Origin: a candidate division WOR-3 bacterium | GTDB lineage: Bacteria; Hydrothermota; Tepidihabitantia; Tepidihabitantales; Tepidihabitantaceae | Assembly: GCA_965649225.1 (NCBI GenBank) | Contig: CBFGJX010000001.1 | Location: 160,406-224,405, forward strand | Direction: 5' to 3' | DNA: 64,000 bases | Shown: in pieces, positions 19,225-28,847 of the stretch | Position numbering within the stretch: position 1 is the first letter of the stretch | How the letters are laid out: each line of letters starts with the position of its first letter | The notes under the pieces: model-generated | The model's database searches: none | What the model saw: only the letters and a program-made list of their open reading frames with translations | Told to the model about the DNA's origin: nothing | Program-made: the position numbers and the translations under genes

Positions 19225-19694
19225 CCGCCCCGGGCCGATCCGACAATGAACGGCAACTCCTCTTGGAGTTTGTTCAGACCATACTGGACGGCATCGGGCT
19301 GCGCGGCCGGGCCGAAGTCGCTCCCGCGCCCAACGGTTGGGCCGTGAGCATCCACCCCCGCCAGTCATCGGGCTTGTTGATTGGCCGCCAGGGCGAAACG
19401 CTTCGGGCGATTGAGCATCTCGCCCGGCTGGTGATGGCAAAACGCTTTCCCCACGTCACCGAGATCACCGTTGATGTTGCCGGCTACAGCGAACGGCGCC
19501 GGCAGTTTCTGATTGCCAAGGCCCGCGCGGTGGCACGGATTGTCCGCGAAACCGGCCGGGAGATGCTCGTTGACGAAGTCACCGAAGCAGAAGCCCAGAC
19601 CGTCCGTGCCGCACTGGCTGACGACCGGGCAGTTCGACTGCGCACCGTCGGCACCGGCCCCAGACGCAATATCGTGATCGGCCCGGCACAGTAA
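19173..19694 (+). CDS. jag: Jag/KhpB (EloR)-like RNA-binding protein, short form
   Basis: KH motif GLLIGRQGETLRAI, VDVAGY, GTGPRR; sits between yidC and mnmE. Confidence 0.8.
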   Translation: MATENQDGNRPTGEPELTAPGRSDNERQLLLEFVQTILDGIGLRGRAEVAPAPNGWAVSIHPRQSSGLLIGRQGETLRAIEHLARLVMAKRFPHVTEITVDVAGYSERRRQFLIAKARAVARIVRETGREMLVDEVTEAEAQTVRAALADDRAVRLRTVGTGPRRNIVIGPAQ

Positions 19695-19702
19695 TTCTGC
19701 CG

Positions 19703-21037
19703 GTGATGCCGCCAGCCAGCCAGACAATCTGTGCGCTCGCCACCCCGGACGCACCCGCCGGGCTGGCGATTGTCCGGCTCAGTGGGCCCAAGACGCTGCA
19801 GATTCTCGACCGCTGTTTCCCACCCCCGCCACCTTCGCTGCAGCGACCCGGCACCGTCCGCCTGCGCTGGTTTGGTCCGGCGGCAAACCCGATCGACCAG
19901 GTAATGCTGCTCGTCTACCGCGCCCCGAAATCCTTCACCGGCGAAGATATGGCTGAAATCATCTGCCATGGCGGTCGGGCGGTAAGCCGCGCCATTCTGT
20001 CCCGGCTGTTGCACTGCGGCTGCCGGTCTGCCGCTCCCGGTGAATTCACCCGCCGCGCCCTGCTGGCGGGCAAGCTCAGCCTCTCACAGGCCGAAGCAAT
20101 CCTTGAACTCAGTCGGGCGGAAACCGATGCCGGCCGACAGCGGGCGGTTCAGGTCTACAGCGGCGCCGTGTCAAACTTCACCCGGGCTCTCCTGGTGGAA
20201 CTGGCAGACCTGCGCACTGAACTGGAATACCGCATCGGATTCGAAGACGAAAACACCCCGGTCTCCAGCTCCTGGCAGCAGAAGGTCCAGTCAGTCGTCG
20301 AGCAACTCACCCACGCCATCAAGACCGGTCAGGATGCCCGGCGCCGGGACCGTGACGTCAATGTTGCAATAATCGGCCGGCCCAATGTCGGCAAATCCAG
20401 CGTTTTCAATACCCTGCTCCGGCACGAACGCTCAGTCGTCTACCATCTGCCTGGCACAACCCGCGATTCGGTTGACGCCCGTCTGCAACTGGGCCGCATA
20501 TCGATCCGGCTTGCCGACACCGCCGGTCTGCCATTCCGCAGCGGCGGGGCACTGGCCCGGGCATCGGCCGCTCAGACAATCAAGGCAGTCGAGTCAGCCG
20601 ACCTGCTGCTGGCAGTATTCGATGCTTCCCGGCCATTCAGTCCGGCCGACCAGCGCGTCCTTGACCTCTGCGCCGGCCGTGCCTGTCTGTACGTGCTCAA
20701 CAAGACCGACCTGCCCAGCCGGTTCCGAATTGAATCTCTGCCCGGGCCGGCGGTAACGATTTCCTGCCGGACCGGCAGCGGCTTCTCGTCCTTGCGCCGC
20801 CGACTTGCCCGCCGGATTTCGCCGACCCGGGTTGATGCTGTCACAACCATCGAGCGTCATCTGCACACCTTTGGCGAGGCCCGCGGTCACCTGCTGGCCG
20901 CGCTCAGAAGCCCGGGTCTTGACTCAGCCGCACTTGAAATAGGCCTGGCCGTGGCTAAGCTGGAAGAGGTTGACGCGGAACCATCCCGGACCGACATCCT
21001 TGACCGGGTATTCAACCGGTTCTGCGTCGGCAAGTAG
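19703..21037 (+). CDS. mnmE: tRNA modification GTPase MnmE
   Basis: APKSFTGED, GEFTRRA, GRPNVGKS, PGTTRD, DTAG, NKTD, C-terminal FCVGK. Confidence 0.93.
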   Translation: MMPPASQTICALATPDAPAGLAIVRLSGPKTLQILDRCFPPPPPSLQRPGTVRLRWFGPAANPIDQVMLLVYRAPKSFTGEDMAEIICHGGRAVSRAILSRLLHCGCRSAAPGEFTRRALLAGKLSLSQAEAILELSRAETDAGRQRAVQVYSGAVSNFTRALLVELADLRTELEYRIGFEDENTPVSSSWQQKVQSVVEQLTHAIKTGQDARRRDRDVNVAIIGRPNVGKSSVFNTLLRHERSVVYHLPGTTRDSVDARLQLGRISIRLADTAGLPFRSGGALARASAAQTIKAVESADLLLAVFDASRPFSPADQRVLDLCAGRACLYVLNKTDLPSRFRIESLPGPAVTISCRTGSGFSSLRRRLARRISPTRVDAVTTIERHLHTFGEARGHLLAALRSPGLDSAALEIGLAVAKLEEVDAEPSRTDILDRVFNRFCVGK

Positions 21038-21039
21038 CC

Positions 21040-21417
21040 ATGATTGACCGCATGCTACTGTACCTCGACGATACCCCCGGTGCTGCCCGCGCCGCTGACT
21101 GGGCACTGAAACTGGCACAGCGCCTGTCGGCGCGGGTTTACGTCGTGGCAGTAGTCGAGACCATTCCGCAGCGGCACGGCCGGCGCCGCTCCTCCAACGA
21201 AGAAGAACTCGCCTGGCAGCGGCTTTATGAGGTTGAAGACGACGCGTTCCAGTCCGACGTACCGGTTTCGCTGCTGCTGGAGCAGGGCGCGGCACTGCCC
21301 ATCCTCCAGCGGCTCGGTTCCGGCTACGAAGTTGAGCTGCTCGTGATTCCCGCTGACTGCCGACTGCCGGCGGCTGAAGTCATTCAAACCAGCGACCGTC
21401 CGGTCGTTTTTGTCTAG
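21040..21417 (+). CDS. Universal stress protein-like
   Basis: RMLLYLDDT...A..WALKLA start and RPVVFV end; degenerate USP fold. Confidence 0.7.
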   Translation: MIDRMLLYLDDTPGAARAADWALKLAQRLSARVYVVAVVETIPQRHGRRRSSNEEELAWQRLYEVEDDAFQSDVPVSLLLEQGAALPILQRLGSGYEVELLVIPADCRLPAAEVIQTSDRPVVFV

Positions 21418-21430
21418 CAAAGGAGACGCG

Positions 21431-21886
21431 ATGGCAAAACTATCAGAGCTCCTCTCCCCTGACGCCATCATCCTCGAACTGGCAGCCCGGGAGAAGCTCG
21501 AAGTCATCAAAGAGCTCGTTCGCCCGCTGGTTGCCTCCGGAGCGATCACCGATGAACCGACGTTTTTGACTGCGATCGCCCGGCGGGAAAACCTGGAAAG
21601 TACCGGCATCGGCCAGGGCGTTGCCATACCCCATGCCCGCACCCCGGCCGTTGCCCGGATTGTGCTTGCCTTCGGCCGTTCGCTCTCGGGCGTCGATTTC
21701 TCCAGCCTCGATGGCAAGCTTTCCCACCTGGTCTTTCTGATTGCGGCGCCCGACCAGCAGAAAACCGACTATATCGTCACGCTGGCACGGCTTTCCCGGC
21801 TGTTGCGGCGTGACGACGTCCGTGATGCACTGCACAAAGCCGAAGCACCCGCCGATGTCATCCGGGTGCTGCGGGAAAACGAATAG
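21431..21886 (+). CDS. PTS EIIA (Ntr/fructose type)
   Basis: RENLESTGIGQGVAIPHAR, GVDFSSLDG. Confidence 0.92.
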   Translation: MAKLSELLSPDAIILELAAREKLEVIKELVRPLVASGAITDEPTFLTAIARRENLESTGIGQGVAIPHARTPAVARIVLAFGRSLSGVDFSSLDGKLSHLVFLIAAPDQQKTDYIVTLARLSRLLRRDDVRDALHKAEAPADVIRVLRENE

Positions 21887-21900
21887 CCGACCCGGCGCTG

Positions 21901-23670
21901 GTGACCGACTACCTTCTCCCCCGCACTCGCCGCGCCATCGCCGAGCTGCTCGACCGGCACGGAATCGCCGTCAACCCGGCCGAAGTCCGTGACCCAGAAG
22001 CCGGCATCGCCGCTGACCTTGCCCTGCCGCTCTTTCGGCCGGCGAAACTCTTGAAGCGCAACCCGGCCGAGCTGGCCGGAGAAATCGCCGGCCGGCTTGA
22101 ACTCGCCGGAACCGGTCTTGCCGCGGTCGAACCAGCCCAAGGCTATCTAAATTTCCGCTTCGACCCGGCTGCCTTTGCCGCCGGCATCTGCGCCGACTTT
22201 GCCCAAAGCCGCGACAACTACGGTGGGGCCGAGACCGGAGCCGGCCGGACAATCGTCATCGACTATTCTTCCCCCAACATCGCCAAACCCTTCTCGGTCG
22301 GCCACCTGCGCTCGACCATCATCGGTCAGGCAATCAAGAATATCTACCAGTGTCTCGGCTGGCGCGTCATCGGTGACAACCATCTTGGCGATTGGGGTAC
22401 CCAGTTCGGCAAACTGCTCTGCGCTTTTGAACGCTGGGGCAGTGAAAGCGAACTTGCTGCTGACCCGACCGGCCATCTCTTCTCGCTCTATGTTCGTTTC
22501 CACGAACAGGCCCGTTCCGACCCGTCACTTGAAACCGCGGCGCGGGAATGGTTCCGACGGCTGGAAACCGGGGACCCGGCAGCCCGCTGCCGCTGGGAAC
22601 AGTTTGTCCGCTACAGCCGGGCCGAATTCGACCGCATCTACGAACTGCTCGGCGTCCAGTTCGACTGTCAGCTGGGCGAAAGTTTCTACGCCGACCGCGT
22701 TGATGAAATTGTCCGCCGGGCGCTTGAACTCGGCGTTGCCCGGCGCGAACTTCCACCCGGTCCGCTGGAAGGCGACGAAACGCTGGCTGCCGACGAACCG
22801 GTCGTCGCGATACCGCTGGACAGTGCCGGCATTGACGTGCCACTGCTGCTGCAGAAATCGGACGGCACCAGCCTCTATGCCACCCGCGAACTGGCCACTG
22901 CCGAATACCGGATCAAGACCTGGCAGCCGGAAAAAATCCTCTACGTCGTCGGCAACGAACAGCAGCTCTACTTCCGTCAATTCAGCGCTGCCCTCAAGCT
23001 GCTTGGTTACGATACGCCGTGCATTCACGTCAGTTTCGGGCTCGTCCGCCTGCCGGGTGGCCGGATGTCCACCCGCGCCGGCCGGGTGATTCTGCTCAAG
23101 GACGTCATCGAGGAAGCGATTAACCGGGCCGCGGCGGTACTCTCCGACCGCAGTATTCCGGCAGAGGAAAAAAACCGCATCGCCCGGATCGTCGGCATCG
23201 GAGCGATCAAGTACGCTGACCTGTCGCAGACCCGCATCAAGGAAGTTGTCTTCGACTGGGACCGGATGCTGGCGCTCGACGGCGATTCCGCCCCCTACCT
23301 GCAGTACGCCTTCACCCGCACCCGCTCCATCCTGCGCAAGGCCGGCATCGCCAACGGCGAAGACCTGCCGCCGCTGGACAATCACCTGGCAGTACAGCTG
23401 ACAACTCCGGAAGAGCTTCAACTACTGCGGACCATTGCCCGCTATCCGGAGACAATCGCGGCGGCTGCCGAATCCTGTGAACCGCACCGGGTTGCCAACC
23501 GTATTTACCGGCTGGCGCGCGACTTCTCGGCATTCTACGATAAAGTGCCGGTCCTGCAGGCTGCTAGTGAGGAACTGAAACTCGCCCGCCTTTATCTGGT
23601 TGCCATGACCGGCACCGTCATCCGCCATGGTCTCGGCCTCTTGGGCATCGAAACCGTCGAGCGGATGTAA
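21901..23670 (+). CDS. argS: Arginine--tRNA ligase
   Basis: DYSSPNIAKPFSVGHLRST, GDWGTQFG, MSTRAG, PYLQYA, C-terminal ERM. Confidence 0.96.
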   Translation: MTDYLLPRTRRAIAELLDRHGIAVNPAEVRDPEAGIAADLALPLFRPAKLLKRNPAELAGEIAGRLELAGTGLAAVEPAQGYLNFRFDPAAFAAGICADFAQSRDNYGGAETGAGRTIVIDYSSPNIAKPFSVGHLRSTIIGQAIKNIYQCLGWRVIGDNHLGDWGTQFGKLLCAFERWGSESELAADPTGHLFSLYVRFHEQARSDPSLETAAREWFRRLETGDPAARCRWEQFVRYSRAEFDRIYELLGVQFDCQLGESFYADRVDEIVRRALELGVARRELPPGPLEGDETLAADEPVVAIPLDSAGIDVPLLLQKSDGTSLYATRELATAEYRIKTWQPEKILYVVGNEQQLYFRQFSAALKLLGYDTPCIHVSFGLVRLPGGRMSTRAGRVILLKDVIEEAINRAAAVLSDRSIPAEEKNRIARIVGIGAIKYADLSQTRIKEVVFDWDRMLALDGDSAPYLQYAFTRTRSILRKAGIANGEDLPPLDNHLAVQLTTPEELQLLRTIARYPETIAAAAESCEPHRVANRIYRLARDFSAFYDKVPVLQAASEELKLARLYLVAMTGTVIRHGLGLLGIETVERM

Positions 23671-23931
23671 CTCCTCTCGGGTCCACAACAGTTAGAGCTA
23701 CGAAAGCTCCTGCCGGCGACAATCTGTCTTACCGATGTCACCGGCTGACCGCCGGTTCGGTTGCCTAACGGTCGGCCAGTCAATCAGTTGTCGACTGAAG
23801 ACCCGAAGCAGTTGTTCAATGGCACGGCTGTTTCAGACCGTTACCGGACCGCCTCCCCGGTGGTGGCAACCGGCGTCAACGCTTCTGTTTCTGCCCGGGC
23901 CGAACCCGACCGCAACCTTCCGGGCAGCCAC

Positions 23932-23951
23932 CGGGTCGCGGCGGCGACCCG
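23932..23951. terminator. Hairpin between convergent argS and xth (possible terminator)
   Basis: CGGGTCGC-GGCG-GCGACCCG; no clear U-tract. Confidence 0.45.
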
Positions 23952-23959
23952 CAGAACGC

Positions 23960-24727
23960 TCAGACTGCCAGTGTCACCCCGACCGGACAGTGGTCTGAAC
24001 CCGGTACCCCCGGCAGGATGAACGCATCCTGCACCATCGGCACGACATTGTCCGATACAAACCAGTAATCAATTCGCCACCCGACATTGCGCTCGCGTGC
24101 TCGCGTCAGCGGGCTCCACCAGGTGTACTGACCGGGCTGATTGTTGAACATCCGGAAAGTGTCAACGAAGCCCGCCGCCACCAGCCGGTCCAGCCACGCC
24201 CGTTCCTCGGGCAGAAAACCGGACACCTTTGAGTTAGCTTTTGGATGCGCCAGGTCAATTTCCTTGTGAGCGGTATTGTAGTCACCGCCGACCACCAGCC
24301 GTCGCCCGCGGCGACGCTCGCGCCGCAGATGCTCGAGCAGCACCTCGCAGAACTCCAGTTTGTAGCGCAATCGTTCCGGACTCTGCTTGCCGTTCGGGAA
24401 ATAGATATTGTAGATATCCAGTCCGGCAACCCGGACGAGAATCAACCTGCCCTCGCTGTCAAAGCGTTCGATTCCCAGACCGAGGGCAGTAAACTCCGGC
24501 AACTGGCGCAGGAATGTCGCCGTGCCGCTGTAACCGGGTCGCTGCCCGGGATTCCATATCGCGGTGAACCCGGCTGGTTCTTTTAACTCCGGCACCAGCG
24601 TTTCGGGGCCGCTGCGCGTCTCCTGAATGCAGAAAACATCCGGCCGGTCCCGCGCCAGCCATTCCAGCAGACCCTTGCGGGCTGCCGCCCGGATCCCGTT
24701 GACATTCCAGCTGATCAGTCTGAGCAC
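23960..24727 (-). CDS. xth: Exodeoxyribonuclease III / AP endonuclease
   Basis: SWNVNG, IQET, GYSG, YFPNG, GDYNTAH, GWRIDY, SDHCP. Confidence 0.95.
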   Translation of the reverse strand: MLRLISWNVNGIRAAARKGLLEWLARDRPDVFCIQETRSGPETLVPELKEPAGFTAIWNPGQRPGYSGTATFLRQLPEFTALGLGIERFDSEGRLILVRVAGLDIYNIYFPNGKQSPERLRYKLEFCEVLLEHLRRERRRGRRLVVGGDYNTAHKEIDLAHPKANSKVSGFLPEERAWLDRLVAAGFVDTFRMFNNQPGQYTWWSPLTRARERNVGWRIDYWFVSDNVVPMVQDAFILPGVPGSDHCPVGVTLAV

Positions 24728-24744
24728 CAGAGTGCCGCCTTTGC

Positions 24745-24782
24745 GGCGGCGGCCCGGGACAGCACTGCCCCGGGCCGCCGCC
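24745..24782 (-). terminator. 14-bp GC hairpin after the PorV-like gene
   Basis: GGCGGCGGCCCGGG-N10-CCCGGGCCGCCGCC. Confidence 0.55.
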
Positions 24783-24792
24783 AGTCACTGAC

Positions 24793-25833
24793 CTAGAAGT
24801 CAACCGCCAGCGTCAATCGGTGCGAGGCACCAAGTCGCGCCAGATTACGATAGCCGTAATCGAGCTGGAGCCCGATGCCCGGCCCCGGTCGCACTCGAAA
24901 TCCGGCCCCGGCCGAAAGTCCGGTGGCATAGCCGAGTGCATCGGCATAGTCGAGGTCGGTATTGAGAATGTAACCGGCCCGGATGTAAACCGGCTGATGA
25001 TTGTACTCCAGGCCGACATTCACCTTCTCGTTGACATCGTTGTAATGCACCAGATCGACTGCCGCGGCCAGCGCCGAGTTCTCGGTGCGCATGACATCGT
25101 AGGCAAGTCCGAACCGGAACGTCACCGGTAGCGGAAACGTCTCGGTGAGGTAAGTGCCGGGAATCGGTTCCCGCGTCCATGGCCACTCCCAGCCCGGGTC
25201 GTGGGTGAAATTGAGCTGGGAGCCGCTGTAACGCAGGTCCGGGCCGAAATTGGCCATCGCCATGCCGATACGCAGATTCCGCCAGCCGGTGTTGTAGTGA
25301 ACACCGAAGTCAAACGCCAGCCCCTGCGCCCCGACATCCCAGACCTGTTCGCTGACATACTTTGCCGAGGCGCCAAAAGCCAGCTTCTCGGTAAACATCC
25401 GGCCGTAGCTGAACGCCAGCGCCACATCCGAACCGGTGAAGGTGCGTCCGGTGCCCTGATACTCCTGGATGGTCGTTTCCTCAAACTTGCCGAGCATCAG
25501 CGCGGTGAGGGCAACCCCGAAACTGCCGGCCCGGGTCGGAACCACCACCGACGCGAACTCATGGCTGATGTCGCCGACCCAGTCGATATGGTTCAGCACC
25601 GCCTGACGACCGCGCAGCAGCGCCACGCCGGCCGGATTCCAGTACGCCGCCGACGCATCATCGGCCACTGCGACAAACGCCTCACCCATGCCGGTGCAGC
25701 GCCCGACACCGATTTTCAGAAACGGCATGCCGGCCATGCCGATCTTGGTGAACGCCGCTGCGGCCGGCAGGGCGGTCACGGTCAGCAGGACGAGCGCCGC
25801 CAGCGCCGGCGGAAAAGTCTTGCTTGTTCTCAT
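24793..25833 (-). CDS. PorV/PorQ-family outer-membrane beta-barrel
   Basis: Signal peptide; FLKIGVG, GMGEAFVAVADDASAAYWNPAG; terminal F. Confidence 0.85.
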   Translation of the reverse strand: MRTSKTFPPALAALVLLTVTALPAAAAFTKIGMAGMPFLKIGVGRCTGMGEAFVAVADDASAAYWNPAGVALLRGRQAVLNHIDWVGDISHEFASVVVPTRAGSFGVALTALMLGKFEETTIQEYQGTGRTFTGSDVALAFSYGRMFTEKLAFGASAKYVSEQVWDVGAQGLAFDFGVHYNTGWRNLRIGMAMANFGPDLRYSGSQLNFTHDPGWEWPWTREPIPGTYLTETFPLPVTFRFGLAYDVMRTENSALAAAVDLVHYNDVNEKVNVGLEYNHQPVYIRAGYILNTDLDYADALGYATGLSAGAGFRVRPGPGIGLQLDYGYRNLARLGASHRLTLAVDF

Positions 25834-25841
25834 CGCTCCTC

Positions 25842-28838
25842 CTAAAAGACCAGCATGAACTTGCCGACCTGACTGCCGACATCGGACTCGACATGGAAGA
25901 TGTACACTCCCGGTGCCGGCTTCTGCTCGCTCTCATTCAGCAGGTCCCAGTCCTCGTCACCGCCAAACTGGTTGGGCAGGCTGCCCAGGTCCGGACGCGT
26001 TGCCCGGTGCTCAATCGTTCGTACCAGGTCACCGGCAAGGTTGTAAATCCGGATCGTGCAGTGATCGGGCAGGTTGATGAACTTGAGCTTGCGGAAATCG
26101 CGGTGCCGCTCCCACTCATTGCGAACGATGTAGGGGTTGGGCACCACCTTGACATTGAGCTTGCCGGCATCGGCCCGGAATGTCGCCGGCTCAAACTCAA
26201 TGTTCCAGACAGCAAAGCACGGTGCCGGTGCCAGCAGCCGGCTGTAAACCAGCCAGGTGTCGCCCGGTGCCGGCGCCTGCGTTACGCTGGGAGAGAAAGT
26301 GAAGTACGAACCGCATATCGCCATCGCGATGGTCTTTTCCAGCCCCGAGGTCGCCACAAAGGTATCGACCGCCGCCCGGGCAGAACGGAATGCCCAGCCG
26401 TCGGCGGTATCCGGACTCGGGTTGGTCTGGCGGAAATACGGTTTGAACTCTACCGGCCGGTTGTTCTGGATGTCCCAGACATCGCAGGTCAGCGCATTCT
26501 CCCGCTGTTTCCAGACAATCCGGAAGTCCGAACCGCGATAAGCCCACAGACCCCGGTTGGCTGGAATCGCCGGAATCGAAATGGTGGACTCGGGATAACT
26601 GCCGCTGACGACCTTGACGCTCTGGAAGAACTGTGTCGGAACCTGGTCCATCTTCAGTTTCAGAGTCATCTGCGCCACCGGCAGCCAGGCCCGGGTCGTG
26701 TCAACCACTGTCTCGCCTTCCCCTGTCACGCGCTCACGGATGTCGGTGATGACAGTATCGAAGATCGTCGGCACTGCTACCACCGTGTCGGGAGTGGTAG
26801 TGATATCCACACTCAATCCGGCCAGTGGCACAACCGTATCACCCGCAGTGGTCGTTACCGCATAGCGATACACCGGACCGTTGCTGGTCGGGTCGTATTT
26901 CGGCCCAAGAAACTCCAGCCGGTAGACTCCGCCCTTCAGTGCGTCCGGCACCAGCGGCAGCGGGAACACTCCCAGGCGCAGTCGGTCGTGCCCGGCAACC
27001 TTCTCGACCCCGGCAGCTGGCGGAACATAGTTGCCCGCCTGAGTCCGTGGTACTGCCCGCACCGGCATCAGGCCGGATTCCAGCGACAGGGTATCGGGCG
27101 GTCGGGTCGAATCGCCGCCGACATAGTTGAGGTCGAACGCCGTGACCGCGTAGTAATACGGAAAACCCAGCCGCAGCGAACTGGAATCGACATAGGCATA
27201 GGCAAGTCCCCGATCAACTGCCTTGGTCCGCAGCGACTCGACAACCGTTGTATCCTCGTAGCGCAGCCCGTCGGCCCGGTCAAACTGCGCCAGCAGCTGC
27301 CACGAACCGGGCTGGCCGGTGCGGCTGCGGTAGACCTTGTAGCCCTGAAAGTCGCGCTGAACGTAGAAAGGACTGGCCAGTGACGGTGCCAACGGAAAGA
27401 ACCGGTCCTCGGCCCCCTCCGGGAAGTCGTCCCAGACCAGTGTCACGCGCCCGTCACCCGGAACTGCGGTCAGATTGGGCGACGGCGGCGGTTCGGGAGC
27501 AATCCAGTTGTTGTCGTAGGCTGCCTGTGCCGCCCGCGATGCAACTGCCAGATTGTAAACCATCTGGTCACCGACTCCCGGTGCCCGACTGGCCGCAATC
27601 ACGCCGATCGTCACCGTCGCGATTTCATTCGGCGCCAGGGTAAACGGCCCGGTTGACTGCAAAAACCGCTTGTCGGCCGGCGAGATGTCGGTCGAATCGA
27701 ACGGATTGTAGGGATACTGCGGATTCCAGTAGTCGTAACCGGCCATCGCCAGGTACTGCTGGAAGTCGTCAATCGGGTCGGCGTCAGTCAGCGTGAAGAT
27801 CTTGAACGACCGCATGCCGAGCTGACGGCCCTCGGCCGGTTCGTCAATCAGCCCGTTGCCGTTGTTGTCGATACCGTCGAACCCGTCAATCGAGCCGTCG
27901 GGGTTCTTGACATAGGGACTCTGCAGAAAGTCAAAGCCGACGAAGCCGCTCGGATCGGTCTGGGTCCCTTCACTCCAGACATAGCCCATATTGTCCACCC
28001 AGACCGAGTCGGTGCCCGATGCGTTGCGGATGTACTTGGCCAGCGCCAGCGCCGCCCGGTCATCGGTGGCGTTGCCGACGTCGGCGTCGCACACCATCCC
28101 CAGATACATGTCGCGGATTGTGTCACTGGTGCGATTGCGGACATCGAACTTGAAGAAAACGATATCGCGGTTCCACGGCAGCGTCCATGAGTAGGTGGAC
28201 TGGTAGACTTCAACCCCGATCGGCCGCGGCGTGCCCGACCTTGCCGCAGTATGCTGGGCCGGGTCACGGTCGCAGAATACCGCCCAGGCATCGCCCGAGG
28301 ACACCGCGGTCCGGGGAATATAGTAGAAATAGCCCGGCACCATCGTGTCACCGGACGGTACCCGCAGCGGCGTCAACACCGAATCTGACAAATCCGCCGG
28401 AAAATTGGCCGGATTCGGCGGCCAGTCTTCCGGATAGATGTACACCCGCTCAAACTCCCGGGCCGCATAACCGCCCGGAGCGTTGTCGTAACAGCCGGGC
28501 GTCATCTCCGACTTGCCCGAATTCGGATTGTAGCCGACGCTGACCAGCGTATCCGGTGCCGGCACCCGCTTGACCGTTCCGATCCACAACCCGGCACCAT
28601 AAAGATACATGTCGCCCGACCCGACCGGCCATTCACCGCCACCCGAGCGGTCAGGGTTGTAGCCAAAGGTACCGTAGTTGCTGACCATTATCCGCCACTG
28701 GTTCTTGATGTAGGGCTTGATGTCCAGCTTGCGCGGCGGTCGCCAGGGCCGACCCGCCGTCCGCGCCTGTGCCGGTACTGCCAGACCGACCAGCAGCAGT
28801 GCGGCCAAGAGAACCATCTTCAATCTGTTGCTGTTCAT
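25842..28838 (-). CDS. Large secreted protein (998 aa) with an FN3-like region and a T9SS type-A-like C-terminal domain
   Basis: Signal peptide; PPPSPNLTAVPGDGRVTLVWD, FQGYKVYRS, YYYAVTAFD; CTD VVPNPY...IRIYNLAGDLV...WDL...GVYIFHV...KFMLVF. Confidence 0.8.
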   Translation of the reverse strand: MNSNRLKMVLLAALLLVGLAVPAQARTAGRPWRPPRKLDIKPYIKNQWRIMVSNYGTFGYNPDRSGGGEWPVGSGDMYLYGAGLWIGTVKRVPAPDTLVSVGYNPNSGKSEMTPGCYDNAPGGYAAREFERVYIYPEDWPPNPANFPADLSDSVLTPLRVPSGDTMVPGYFYYIPRTAVSSGDAWAVFCDRDPAQHTAARSGTPRPIGVEVYQSTYSWTLPWNRDIVFFKFDVRNRTSDTIRDMYLGMVCDADVGNATDDRAALALAKYIRNASGTDSVWVDNMGYVWSEGTQTDPSGFVGFDFLQSPYVKNPDGSIDGFDGIDNNGNGLIDEPAEGRQLGMRSFKIFTLTDADPIDDFQQYLAMAGYDYWNPQYPYNPFDSTDISPADKRFLQSTGPFTLAPNEIATVTIGVIAASRAPGVGDQMVYNLAVASRAAQAAYDNNWIAPEPPPSPNLTAVPGDGRVTLVWDDFPEGAEDRFFPLAPSLASPFYVQRDFQGYKVYRSRTGQPGSWQLLAQFDRADGLRYEDTTVVESLRTKAVDRGLAYAYVDSSSLRLGFPYYYAVTAFDLNYVGGDSTRPPDTLSLESGLMPVRAVPRTQAGNYVPPAAGVEKVAGHDRLRLGVFPLPLVPDALKGGVYRLEFLGPKYDPTSNGPVYRYAVTTTAGDTVVPLAGLSVDITTTPDTVVAVPTIFDTVITDIRERVTGEGETVVDTTRAWLPVAQMTLKLKMDQVPTQFFQSVKVVSGSYPESTISIPAIPANRGLWAYRGSDFRIVWKQRENALTCDVWDIQNNRPVEFKPYFRQTNPSPDTADGWAFRSARAAVDTFVATSGLEKTIAMAICGSYFTFSPSVTQAPAPGDTWLVYSRLLAPAPCFAVWNIEFEPATFRADAGKLNVKVVPNPYIVRNEWERHRDFRKLKFINLPDHCTIRIYNLAGDLVRTIEHRATRPDLGSLPNQFGGDEDWDLLNESEQKPAPGVYIFHVESDVGSQVGKFMLVF

Positions 28839-28847
28839 CCTGCCTCC

